Shown: positions 1 to 11,173 of the stretch, one piece after another
Layout: every line of letters starts with the position of its first letter
How positions within the stretch are numbered: the stretch's first letter is position 1
Assembly (NCBI GenBank): GCA_001600695.1
Contig: BCKQ01000003.1
Location: 1,277,934 to 1,327,135 of the forward strand
Reading direction: 5' to 3'
DNA from: Ascoidea asiatica JCM 7603
Taxonomy: Eukaryota > Fungi > Ascomycota
Length of the DNA stretch: 49,202 nt
Position numbers and translations under genes: made by a program
The notes under the pieces: generated by a model
What the model was told of the DNA's origin: nothing
What the model saw: the letters and a program-made list of their open reading frames with translations, nothing else
Database searches by the model: none

Positions 1-479
1 GCAGCAGCTGGTATAGTTGGTGATTTAAGAGTTTCTTCTTTGATTTTGTGTTCAGCTTCGAAAAATCTAGTGTTATCAGCATCATCAGTAGTATTCACAT
101 TTGGAGGAGCAGCAACATTTTTATTAGCTGTAGCACTAGTTGTGTCTGAGGCAGAAGCATCTTCTTGTTTAATTTGACCAACAGGATCATTAATTGTAGA
201 AGTTTTAGATAAAGAAGATGTAATGGATTTAAACATATCTTTAATAAAATCTATATCCGATGTTTGATTTGTAATAGTAGATCTTAAATCATCAAAATGC
301 TTAGTGTATTTAAGAGTATTTGAATCTTCATATTTAAATCTTGCACTAATATCAGATCTTAGTTTGTTGATTGATTCACTAACTGATTTAATTTGTTTAT
401 CCATTTTACTAAATGTAACTTCATTTAAGGCAATGTTGTCATTAAATTTTGTGGATAAAGATTTAATAGTTTCAGTCAT
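1..479 (-). CDS. Partial ORF running off the left edge, absent from the ORF track; coiled-coil N-terminus, possibly retroelement Gag/ORF1-like
   Basis: ATG at 479, open to position 1: MTETIKSLSTKFNDNIALNEVTFSKMDKQIKSVSESINKLRSDISARFKY...KSPTIPAA. It is preceded by a 26-nt poly(A) tract (T run at 564-589). Confidence 0.6.
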   Translation of the reverse strand, partial: MTETIKSLSTKFNDNIALNEVTFSKMDKQIKSVSESINKLRSDISARFKYEDSNTLKYTKHFDDLRSTITNQTSDIDFIKDMFKSITSSLSKTSTINDPVGQIKQEDASASDTTSATANKNVAAPPNVNTTDDADNTRFFEAEHKIKEETLKSPTIPAA

Positions 480-1079
480 GATTATATTTTTTCAGTTAAA
501 ATAGTGTTGATTACTTTTAGTTATGTGTATAAAAAAATTGTTTGGTGTTGGAATTTGCTTTTGTTTTTTTTTTTTTTTTTTTTTTTTTTAAGCTGAAATT
601 AATAGAGTATTATAATTAAGAAAAAACGAATAAAAGGTAATATTAGTTGAAGTATTAGCAGTATAAATAATTTAAAATAGAAAGTAATATTAAAAAAAAT
701 ATATTAGTAACTTCTTTTATTGTCTTAATACTTCCATACAATATGAAATTGGTTTTAATTTTTAGCTTGCAATGAGTGGAAGACTAGGATTTCAAACCAT
801 GAGATAACTCAATTCGGATAAAATCACTAGTATTTACTAATTAACCCTCAGCACCGTAAAGCTAGGAACAATGTTTTATAACGGCCACAGGTGTCCTAAA
901 TAATAAAGCGGGAGTTAAATGTCAGAGGATTAATCACTTTGCAAGATCCCTCTCTTGTTAGTATAATATTAGGAGGCTTCAAGTCGTACTCAGACTTTCC
1001 TTGGAGGATAGAAATCAATAAAAAAATAAAATGATACTTATCTTTAATAAGAAATTGATATTCCAAATTTATTAATAAA

Positions 1080-1643
1080 TGTGATTGTAATTCGAACGCA
1101 ATATCTAATGATTACTAAGAAGATATCTAATTCAAATTATAAACAATTGTTAATTAAAATATAAAATATATAAAAATTATATAACAAATATAGGAGGTAA
1201 GTGCCCTATTTATATTAGTTAAAATAGGAGCGGGTAACCCATCTTAAAAATAAATTTGTAAATTTAGTATGTGAAAGTCCACTTCCCATACTTAAGAAAA
1301 GAAATAAAATAAAATATTGTTCTGGAAGACACTACGACATTTTAAGAACAAACACAAAGATTCCAGTACATTCTAGATGCACACAGAACTTTGAAGAAAG
1401 AATAAATAATGCAGACCCAGAACGTTCTAGTACATTTAACATGTACACGGAAGTTCTGAGAACGCAATAGAATGTAGTCGTAGAACAATCTATGCAATCT
1501 TAAAAAGTCTAAGAATAGCCTACAATACTCGAAGACAATTCCAATAAAGAATAAAATGATTAAAAATTACCGGCAAAGGCCAGTCCCAGCTGTGCGCAGC
1601 TTGTGTCAGCACAGAACAATGGCACGTGAAATGTAGCATCACA
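1080..1643 (-). mobile_element. Possible LTR or promoter block of the left-edge element
   Basis: TGTGAT...ATCACA ends, minus-strand TATAAATAGG near 1205-1213, two diverged ~60-bp direct repeats starting at ~1361 and ~1425, and a GAAnnTTC motif. No primer-binding site was found. Confidence 0.25.
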
Positions 1644-4075
1644 TGTTTTAACTTACTCAATTAGGGCTCTTACTGATCTTGCATCAGCCACAAGAATCAT
1701 CTTTCAATTAATCCCAGTGGTGTGGTGTTTGACCGGAATTGCCAAGAGAAGACCGGAACAGCCAAGCTTACTCTTGAACTCTCTTGGAATGTCGCCGCAG
1801 CTTTAAAGGAGGGAGAAATACGGCTCTAATATTGCGCTGTATTTTGTCGGTATAGCGTGGTAAGGAGTACTTCAAGATACATTTAGGTTTGGATTTTAAT
1901 TCTTTCAGACACGCAGGCACACGCCGCTCCGCTGAAACAATGCTTCATCTATAAACAAACAAAAGTAACCAAATCTCTTGCGATTACCCAAAGTTGTTAA
2001 AATGATATCAATTCGAATAACATAACGTTACTCCAGCAGTTCGAGGAATGTTGATTTGCCTTTTTCAATTTCTTATCTAACTTTAAAATGCTTAGGTAAA
2101 AAAGCTGGAAAAAAATTCCTTATTGTTTGAGCCTTCTCAGTTCGAATACCCGTGCCTGGTTTTAAAAGCTTCAACTTCAGAAACAAGAGGCCCATTTTAT
2201 GTTTTCAGCTTATTTTTAATCTAAAGTGGGTGTCTTGGCAAACAAAAGAGGTTTCCCTTGGCAACCCGTTCTGGCTTTAGGTAGCTGCTTTTGTTTTTTA
2301 AAGGCGCGTCTGTGTGTAAACAAAGAATCGTACCTTTTGTCACGCGTTCTTCTTTTACCGTAGATCGCGACGTAGCCAAAAGAATCTGAGCTGAATTAGA
2401 AAAAAATTCAATTTATCGATTATTTAACTAATTAATTAATTAATTAAATGAATTGAATTCCTCCTTTATTTGACTTAATTTCGTATTTATCACTGAAACG
2501 CTCTTTTCATTATACAAAATGTCAACGGTCGATCTATTAAGGTTATTGGTACAAACAACCCTCAACATCCTTTTTGTCCAATAAAATTTCACAAATATAT
2601 TAAAATCAATTCTTTATTCAAACTTTTGCGTAATCAATTTGAGAAAAATATGACTAAAATGACTTTCATATTCAACAATTATCCCACATTCCAAAAAGAA
2701 AACTATCTTTTTGCTTTTTGCTAATCGCTTACTATGATATTCCCTAAACTAAATTATGTGAAGTAAGTACTTTAACATAGTAGATTGTGTAAATTTGACA
2801 ATGTGAAATACAATAAGTAAAATACATTCTCACAATTACAATTCTCAAACTTCTCTAACAATTTTCAATCACTTACCTAAGATACAGCTGAAATTGAATT
2901 CTTTCATTCTTGATGAATTCTGTGTTTTTTTCTTTCTTTGTCATGGCAAATTCAAATGAAAAATAAACGAAAGAAACTACTTTTTATATTCTTGAAAAAA
3001 AAAACTTCAATTTCAATTCTAATCTCAAAATTTTATTGATATTTGTATTCATTTCCTTATCACACAATACTTTGAATTTGTAATAAATTTGAAAATATTT
3101 TTTATTATTTCATGATCACTCTTAATCAAAACATCAGATTGTATCATTAACCTCAATTGTATGTAAATATTAATCAAAATTTATTCTTTTAAATTCTGCC
3201 CAAAGGTTTACTTTAACAGCGCAAAACCTTCTTTTGATCCAAGTTTCTGCACTTCTTTGATTAATTTCACTATTAATTGAATTCAACATTCCATTTTTAC
3301 TAACAAAATTATTTAATTTTAATTTAAAATATCATTTAACATTAAATTGTTGAAAATTGTCAAATAATCTTCGGTTATTTCAATAAATAACTTTCTCATA
3401 GTTTCTTTAAACATTAAACCATAATTACAATTCTTATTAAAATTTTCATTAACTTACCATTTTAACTTACTTCAACTATTATTTACCTTTTTTAACATTA
3501 CTCAAACATTTCAATGCCAAATCTCATTTCCGATTCCATATTATCAAAAGCCTAGACATACTATTTTGTAAATTATCTTTCTTTATATTATTGTTATTAC
3601 TATTTTTCTACTTTTCTTTAAGCCTTTACCAAAATATAAATAACTTTCAATGTCACCTAGCTTCTTTACTGTTCAATTTCTCTTAATTTTCTTTTACTCT
3701 TTTTTTCTTTCTTTCCTTTCTTTCCTTTCTTTTGCTTCAATTTCAATTATATTAATTATTTAAAACACTCGCTTAATTTAAATATCAAAAAATTTAATAT
3801 AGTCAATTCGATTTAATTCTTTAATTAAAATCTATCGCTGATTTCCAACTATTTACACTCCTTTATCATTTAATTTATATTGTATATTGTATATTTCAAT
3901 CTTTAATTTAGTTTTTACTTATTATTCATTCAATAAATATCAACTTTTTTACTATTAATTATTAATTTAAAAATCAATCAAATAAAAATTCAATCTAGAA
4001 AAATAAATTCAATAAGAAATCTTAATATAAATTTTAATCTTATTATTACTATTATTTAACAAAAATCTTTTAAAA

Positions 4076-4654
4076 ATGTTCTCAATTAAAAATTTATTAG
4101 TTTTATCTTTATCTTTAACAACTGCTTTATCAGCTTTTGTTAATACTACTTCAACTGATTCTTCAGATTCAACTTGTGTTCCATTATACTATCAATGTGG
4201 TGGTTTAAATTGGACTGGTTCAACTTGTTGTACTGTTGGTACTTGTGTAGCCCAAAACAGTTATTATTCTCAATGTCAAGAAGATGATGATACAACTACT
4301 TCAGCTTCAACTTCATCAGTTGCTGATTATTCAAAATCTTTTAATTCAACTTCTAATTCAACCTCAACCTTCAATGTTTCTTCAATTTCAAATTCTTCTG
4401 TAAATTCAACTGATTCTGATATTGCTACTCAAGTTGTTGTTGAAGATTTGTTAGTGGACTCATCAAATGCAACTGATGCTGATTCAACTGATTCAGCTGT
4501 TGAAGCTACTATTACTGATTCTGATGGTTCAATTGAATATGTTACTGTTAAAGCTTATAAGACCGTTACAAGAAGTCTTTCTGTTTCTTCTTTAACATCT
4601 TTCCAAACTTTAGCAACCAGTTATATTAATTCTACTTTAACCACTGCTTATTGA
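4076..4654 (+). CDS. Secreted non-catalytic protein with a fungal cellulose-binding module (CBM1) and a Ser/Thr/Asp-rich tail
   Basis: Signal peptide, then [34 protein letters not shown] (aa 34-67, nt 4175-4276), matching the six-Cys CBM1 consensus. The remainder is low-complexity. Confidence 0.9.
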   Translation: MFSIKNLLVLSLSLTTALSAFVNTTSTDSSDSTCVPLYYQCGGLNWTGSTCCTVGTCVAQNSYYSQCQEDDDTTTSASTSSVADYSKSFNSTSNSTSTFNVSSISNSSVNSTDSDIATQVVVEDLLVDSSNATDADSTDSAVEATITDSDGSIEYVTVKAYKTVTRSLSVSSLTSFQTLATSYINSTLTTAY

Positions 4655-5029
4655 TTAATTTAATTCAAGCTGAATTTATTTTTTGCTTTGCTTTTCTTAA
4701 TATTTCGCTTTTGGTTTTTAGGTTTGCTTAATTAGTTATTCAAATTGATAGATATTAAAAAAAAAAAAAAAAAAAAGATTTCAGTTTGTAGATTACTTTA
4801 TTTAGTTTATTTATCTATTTAATTAATTTGTTCGGTTGATTCAAATTTTTTAATTTTCTTTTATTTTCTTAGTTAGGTATTAGATTATTCTTATGGTCAT
4901 TTTTATAAATTTTTATAAAACATTATAATTATATATTCATTATCTAGCCTTTTGTTTTCTTCTATAATTATTTTTCATTTTAAAATCCAGACATTCCATT
5001 TCTTTTTGTTCCTTTTGCTTTTGCTGCTT

Positions 5030-6589
5030 TTAATGCTCTTGTTTTTGCTTTTTTTGACTCTTATTTTTATTTTTATAGATTGACAACTTTTTATAATCTG
5101 TTTTTAATACAATATAAATAAATGGTAATACCTTTTCTTTATCTTTATTCATATCTTGCTCTCTTTCCAATTCTAAATCCAACTCTAGTTGTCTTTCAAT
5201 CTCTTTATCCGATAACTTTTTGAAATTACTTTCAATATCAAGTTTTTGCTTTTCATTATTTTCATTACTGAGAAAAATTTCAATCTTTGTGTTTTTATTT
5301 CTTTTGTCATAATCTTTATAACAGTTTCTATTATTGCTTTTGTTATTATTGACTTTGATATTGATTATATTAATCATATTTAAAAGATATAGTATTAATA
5401 TTACTATCAATGGAATTTTGAATGATCTAATATATTCTTTGAAAATATTAATAGTAACTTTATCGGTGAATCTTATATCTTTAGGTTTTTCAATAATTTC
5501 ATCATTATCTTGATTCTTTTTATTATTTTCATCTATAAGATCTGATTTTGATTTAACATTTTGATTATTGAATTTTAATTTTTGATTTTGATTATGATTT
5601 CTATTAGAATCATGAACTAATGGAAGTGGATTAGTTTCTAAACTGATATTGAATTCAAATTCTTTTAAAACCTTATGATATTTTTTAATATATGATTGAT
5701 AATTTTTAAATTTCAAATTTGAATCAAAATGCTTATCTAAATTCTGATCTTCAATTGATTTAATTTCATAGATGAATCCATTGAATTTAATAGATCTATT
5801 TTGCTGTCCATATTTATTTTTATTACTTCCATTATTTTTACCTCTGATATAACTAAATGAATAGAAAATGTCGTATTTCTTTTGATTTGTTTTTGAGGAT
5901 TCATTAGTATCATCAATTAAATGATCTTTATAACCATGATCATGTCCATCATCAATTGCTTTTTCATTTACTTCCTTAGAATCTTTGTAAATTGGAAATT
6001 CATTATTCAAAAAACTTGCAAATAGATAATCTTCTTTATGATACTTTGGAGTGATTTTAATTGAATTAATATCTGGTTTGAAATTGAATAGCTGAAATTC
6101 AGCTTCATTCATATCCAAATCGCTTACAAATTTGAAAACAGATTGACCAATTTTTTTGTTGGAACCAGTTGTATAAATATCATTGACAAACAATACATTA
6201 AAATGTGCAATATAATCATCCTCATTATCATTGCTATTTCCTTTTCTATTACCATCAGCACCATTAATGTAATTTTTTTCTAATTTTCTTTCTTTGATTA
6301 TTTCTGAATTACTGAATATTCCACTTTTTTCTTTATAATTGTGGAATGATGGATTCTTAATCACTTTGATTAGCAACTTTGAACTTTTCGATTCATCCTT
6401 CTGCTCAAATAAAACAATGGATTTACCGTATTTATCTAATCTTTCGTCACTAGATGGGAAATTCTCAGATATTCTTTTGTTTATTGCATTATTCCATATC
6501 TCACTAGAAAAAAATAAAAAAGTATAAATGAACCAACAACCAAGTATTAATGGAATGGAGATTCCAATTGTTAGTTTCTGAGACTTCAT
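5030..6589 (-). CDS. Hypothetical membrane protein (N-terminal signal anchor plus a second TM segment near aa 390)
   Basis: 519-aa ORF with hydrophobic stretches IGISIPLILGCWFIYTFLFF and IPLIVILILYLLNMINII. No family recognised. Confidence 0.7.
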   Translation of the reverse strand: MKSQKLTIGISIPLILGCWFIYTFLFFSSEIWNNAINKRISENFPSSDERLDKYGKSIVLFEQKDESKSSKLLIKVIKNPSFHNYKEKSGIFSNSEIIKERKLEKNYINGADGNRKGNSNDNEDDYIAHFNVLFVNDIYTTGSNKKIGQSVFKFVSDLDMNEAEFQLFNFKPDINSIKITPKYHKEDYLFASFLNNEFPIYKDSKEVNEKAIDDGHDHGYKDHLIDDTNESSKTNQKKYDIFYSFSYIRGKNNGSNKNKYGQQNRSIKFNGFIYEIKSIEDQNLDKHFDSNLKFKNYQSYIKKYHKVLKEFEFNISLETNPLPLVHDSNRNHNQNQKLKFNNQNVKSKSDLIDENNKKNQDNDEIIEKPKDIRFTDKVTINIFKEYIRSFKIPLIVILILYLLNMINIINIKVNNNKSNNRNCYKDYDKRNKNTKIEIFLSNENNEKQKLDIESNFKKLSDKEIERQLELDLELEREQDMNKDKEKVLPFIYIVLKTDYKKLSIYKNKNKSQKKQKQEH

Positions 6590-7065
6590 TATGGGGCCCT
6601 TTTTCTTTGTCTAATATCTACTGGCTTTATATTTCATGATATCAATATAAATAAATATGAATTGAACTTAAATACAATGAAATATGTGCTTTGAGTAAAT
6701 CTACCCAATTTCAGATAAAGCTTTATTTTGTGCCCATTATCCTGTTTCCGAGCCTGGAGCTTCCGAGTCTTAAAACATGCGCTAAGTCTCACTTTTATTC
6801 CCTGCGCACACGATTATTCACCAAAAGAATCAAAAAAGTATCCTCGAGGGTAAATAATTAAAAATATAAATCGAGAATGAATTTATTATGGACAAATCAA
6901 GCAAGTTAAGAATTTGGAGTTGCAAAAAAATAATCAATCAGCCTTAGAAATAGTTTTGGAATATGTAAGGACTTTGCCTGCTGTTGGTTCATTCTAGTAA
7001 TTAATGGTATAAATCTTATATTATCGTGTTATTAATTTTCTATAATACATATGTAATTATATTTA

Positions 7066-9396
7066 TCAGGTTTTAATGATATCAACTCTGGCTCGTTTCC
7101 AGACATTGTGAATATAAACATCTTCAGAACTGTCATTATTTTCCAATTTACTTACACCATCTAATTCAGTATCTGGACTTTCAATTGATATTACACAATA
7201 GCTTCCATTAGTTGCAGTTTTAACAAAATAACCTGGATTTATGAAAATAACATTTTTAACAACTCTTACAAATGAATTCAATTCTGATGGTAAAATTATA
7301 ATATCTGGTATCACATCTATAAATTCAGTTAATCCCATATATGGCATATCTAAATCAGATCCAGAAATATGTTCTTCAATTTCGTTACCGATTGAATTTA
7401 TAGCCATATCAGAAATCATTACTTCTTTTTCTTCTTTTTTCAAAGTTTTATTATTTGTATTATCATCATTGAGATTGATTTTTTTGGTTTTAATACCACC
7501 GGGAAAATATGGATAAAATCTTCTTTGTTCTAATATATGATTTGAAATTCTATCAAATCTATTTTCTGTCATTTCATCACCTTGCTTAACATCTCTTAAA
7601 TCTTTATATATATCATTATTTGATATTCCAATATTAATTTCATTTAACTGAAATAAACTTGGATTTGGAAAACATTTAAAATTTTTTGGCAAATTTAATA
7701 ATTTTCTATCAAAAGGAGCCTGAGGATATGATGGATGGTTTGTTGAAACATCTTTTAATGAAGGTATAATTATAACTTGAATTTTATTATTGATTTCTTT
7801 TAATATTGGACTAACTATAATTTTAAATACTTCATCTAAAGTTTTTGGTTGTTTTGTGACTGATGGAAATGATAATGAACCATCTTTTATTTTTGAATGA
7901 GTTATATCTATAAATGGACCAATTAATATTACAATATGTGGTTTAATTTGATTATTAATTTTTGACACAATTTGCTTTAAAAATTTGAAATCTAAATCCT
8001 TATTTGTTGTATATGGGCCTGAAATAATAATTGATTTTAATTTCTCATTTTTTAAATTAAATTTATAATCATCTAATTCACCTTTTGTTGAGATTGGAGC
8101 ACCTAATAAAGGTAATTCAATATTTTCAAAAACTGTGAAAAATTTCCCAGTTATATTTTTTCCTCTAAATGCAACAATTTGTCCAGGGAAAAAAGAAAAA
8201 TTATTAATTTTTGATAAATTTAATAAAATTCTATTACCTAAACCTGAAATTCTTGAAGTTTCTAAACTTAAAGAACTTGAGTTTAAAGTTGTATTAGAAC
8301 TAGCTAATGGTGTATCAGGGACAATTCTTCCAACTGTTATAATTTCATTTTGAGAAGGTAAAGTTGGATTACCAAATTGTTCATAAGTATAATTATAATG
8401 TTTTGAGATAATTTCTGCAAACATATCAATTTGTTCATCTAAATAATCAGCAGTTTCTAATAATTTCATTCTTAAAGATTTAAATTTATATTTTCTAGAA
8501 TCAAAATTAGTCATAACTTTAATTCTATTTATTTCAGTTTCTGGATCAAAATTTGAATAATCAAAACCTTTTGAAATTTCAATTTCGGGATTTAAAGTTT
8601 GAATAGCTTTACCAGATTCTTGAGAAAGTGTATATGGATTAGAAGTTTTTTTACTTGGTGAAGAAAACGGTTGTTTTATTGGGGATGATTTATTATCAAA
8701 AAATATATTTGTATTTATATTTGTGTTTGTATTATTTGGGTTACTGGTATCATTCTTGTAATTCATATTGATATCTGAATTCATATTCATACTCATATTT
8801 ACGTCCATATCCATATCCATATTTATATCCATATCCATATCCATATCCATATTGAGATTTGATTTAATATTTTTTGATTTAGATGGAGTTGGAGTTGGTA
8901 AAGGAATTGAATTTTGAGAATTTTTATAAAATTTTTTATTTGAGGAATTTAATAATGGAGTATCAATAATTAATCTTTTTTTAACAGATCTTAAATGAGA
9001 ATTTGGAGTTGAAGGTAACATTGAATTAAATAAATTTGGACTTGAAGTTAAATTATTTTTTCTAATCATTGATTTTTTAATTGTTGAATTCAATAAAGTT
9101 TTTTTCTTTAAAGTTGAATTTTTTTCCATTTTACTCATCAAATGATCTTGTAATTTTTTAAGATTTTGTTTTGATAATTTTACATTAGGTATTGAATTTA
9201 AAGTATCAACAGAAATATCATTTGAAATTTCATCACCTTTTGTGATTACAAAAGATTCCCAATTTACAAATAATTGTTCTGCATCAATATTAAAAAGATT
9301 CATTATATTTTGACATGATTCTAGGATATCATCATTATCAGCTATTTTTCCAAATTTTCTTATAATTGTTTCTTTTGATTGAAAATCAACAGTCAT
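7066..9396 (-). CDS. POL12: DNA polymerase alpha-primase B subunit
   Basis: Motifs GRIVPD, SFFPGQIVAFRGKN, SGPYT, GPFIDITH, HPSYPQ, NPSLFQLNE, PDIIILPSEL, NPG. The first ATG is at 9396; the track's start at 9405 is GTG. Confidence 0.95.
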   Translation of the reverse strand: MTVDFQSKETIIRKFGKIADNDDILESCQNIMNLFNIDAEQLFVNWESFVITKGDEISNDISVDTLNSIPNVKLSKQNLKKLQDHLMSKMEKNSTLKKKTLLNSTIKKSMIRKNNLTSSPNLFNSMLPSTPNSHLRSVKKRLIIDTPLLNSSNKKFYKNSQNSIPLPTPTPSKSKNIKSNLNMDMDMDMDINMDMDMDVNMSMNMNSDINMNYKNDTSNPNNTNTNINTNIFFDNKSSPIKQPFSSPSKKTSNPYTLSQESGKAIQTLNPEIEISKGFDYSNFDPETEINRIKVMTNFDSRKYKFKSLRMKLLETADYLDEQIDMFAEIISKHYNYTYEQFGNPTLPSQNEIITVGRIVPDTPLASSNTTLNSSSLSLETSRISGLGNRILLNLSKINNFSFFPGQIVAFRGKNITGKFFTVFENIELPLLGAPISTKGELDDYKFNLKNEKLKSIIISGPYTTNKDLDFKFLKQIVSKINNQIKPHIVILIGPFIDITHSKIKDGSLSFPSVTKQPKTLDEVFKIIVSPILKEINNKIQVIIIPSLKDVSTNHPSYPQAPFDRKLLNLPKNFKCFPNPSLFQLNEINIGISNNDIYKDLRDVKQGDEMTENRFDRISNHILEQRRFYPYFPGGIKTKKINLNDDNTNNKTLKKEEKEVMISDMAINSIGNEIEEHISGSDLDMPYMGLTEFIDVIPDIIILPSELNSFVRVVKNVIFINPGYFVKTATNGSYCVISIESPDTELDGVSKLENNDSSEDVYIHNVWKRARVDIIKT

Positions 9397-9572
9397 TTTT
9401 TTCACTTTGATTTTGATTCTAAATAAGTAGTATGATAGAAACCAATATAATCCTTTGAAATTTTTTAATTATTAATGTTAGCTGTGTGTACTAAACTTCA
9501 TTTCAATAAGAACTTCAACAAAAGATTATAATATTTCATAAATTGAAATACTTTATCATCTTTTTCTTCAAA

Positions 9573-9644
9573 CACGAAATCAAATTTATTTGACGCTATT
9601 TGACGCGTTTAGCGTTTAATACCAAATATCCAGAAAAAACGCGT
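9573..9644. promoter_or_regulatory. G1/S promoter elements of POL12 (one SCB and two MCB)
   Basis: CACGAAA at 9573-9579 and ACGCGT at 9603-9608 and 9639-9644, about 180-250 bp upstream of POL12, a known MBF target in yeasts. Confidence 0.8.
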
Positions 9645-9989
9645 AAAAAACAGATCCATTTAATCCATATCCAGTGTAACCGGAATTATTAAGGAACATG
9701 ATAAAAAACATTTAATAAAAACCTTTGAGCGGAAAATATAAAAAAAAACCGTATTGCTAGAAGTGAGACCATATTTGCGGAGCTTTTAACCAGCTTGCTT
9801 AATTTATCTGTGGTCTCGTTTTTGTGCTACTGCTTGGCTCACAACGTCATAATTTATACAATTATTTTACAATTTTTCATGTTTACCTTTTGAAAATAAA
9901 GAAATAAAGAATAGACTATTTATTATTCAAGAGAAATGCATTTGGAACAGAAGTAAAAAGAAGCGAGAATAAAATAAAGAAAAGTAGAA

Positions 9990-10565
9990 TTAAGTAATAA
10001 AACAAGAGAGAAAAGCTAAGGAGAAAAGAAATGAACTAGATTGAGGAGAAATATTCATACCAACATTTGATGTATCTGAAGAATTTTTCGCTATTCTGTA
10101 TTTTGTAGTTTTTGTTATAGTCTTAGTAGTTTTAGTTTTTGAGCTTTTAGTTTTTGTAGTTTTAGTTTTTGTAGTTCTAATATTTGCAGTTTTAGTTTTA
10201 GTATTTGCCTTTGTTTGAGTCTTTGTTTGAGCTTTTGGTTGTGTTTTAATTTGAGTTTGTGGTTTTGGTTTGGCTCCTGTTGTTGCCTTTTTTTCATCTT
10301 TCTCAACTTTCTCAACTTTTTCAACTTTTTTAATTATTCTACTAGTTTCTAAAGCCTTAATTGAAATGTTTGTTGGAATTTCCATTGGTATTGTACTTCC
10401 ATAAAAACTTGTAATTGGCTCATTGGTACTTGTACTAATCAAACTTGATTCTGCCTCTGATCTTTGATTGATTGGTTCTAAAGAATTTCCATTTATTGAC
10501 TTTGTAATTAGTGATAAAGTAACTCCTATAAAAATTGCAAAATTACTTTTTTCAAGCATCATCAT
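9990..10565 (-). CDS. Small secreted, probably GPI-anchored Thr/Lys-rich protein
   Basis: Signal peptide, TKT/QTK repeats, a TSN omega-site-like region, and a hydrophobic C-terminus FLFSLAFLSCFIT. Confidence 0.75.
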   Translation of the reverse strand: MMMLEKSNFAIFIGVTLSLITKSINGNSLEPINQRSEAESSLISTSTNEPITSFYGSTIPMEIPTNISIKALETSRIIKKVEKVEKVEKDEKKATTGAKPKPQTQIKTQPKAQTKTQTKANTKTKTANIRTTKTKTTKTKSSKTKTTKTITKTTKYRIAKNSSDTSNVGMNISPQSSSFLFSLAFLSCFIT

Positions 10566-11173
10566 CTTTTTATATTTTTTTTGGGGATAGTAAAAATTAA
10601 CTCAGATATTATTGAAGATATTGTGATTATATAAAAATACCACTGTAGTTCTTTTGAGATTTTCTTATATGAAAAACTTAAAAAAAAAGCTTTGATCATT
10701 TTAATTCAATAGGATTTATTCAGTAGTTTAAATACAAAAATTTCTGCATCAAAGCAATCTAAATTGGAAACCCTTTTGCGATGAAATTGAATTTCAATGT
10801 CCTTTGAAGAATATTTTTGTAGAGGCTGATTGAGCGAATTGACTGAAATTATTCGAGAAAGCAATGATCGGTACTTAAGAAGCTAGTATGATTCCCATTT
10901 GAGAAGAGCTGTTTCCCATCTAATTAAAAAAAAATTTTTATCATTGCATTACAGTACTATTTTCCTAGTAGAATGCTTTTTTCTTTAGATTTTTTGCATT
11001 TTATTTTTATTTATTTTTGTTTATAGTCATGTATAAATTATATAATATAAATTAAGTTGAATGCGCCTTTCCAGCCAATCAAAGCCCGTCCTCGTAAGCT
11101 CAGAGGGGCTTATATGTAATTAGGTTCTTTATTCAAGTCCAGAAAAGCTTAGCCAACGCTGCAAACTGACATT

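Noticed and set aside
304-504. 66-aa plus-strand ORF
   Set aside because: It starts at GTG and is antisense to the longer minus-strand ORF at 1-479.
783-800. TGGTTTGAAATCC (minus strand) as the PBS of the left element
   Set aside because: It does not match any tRNA 3' end I can recall.
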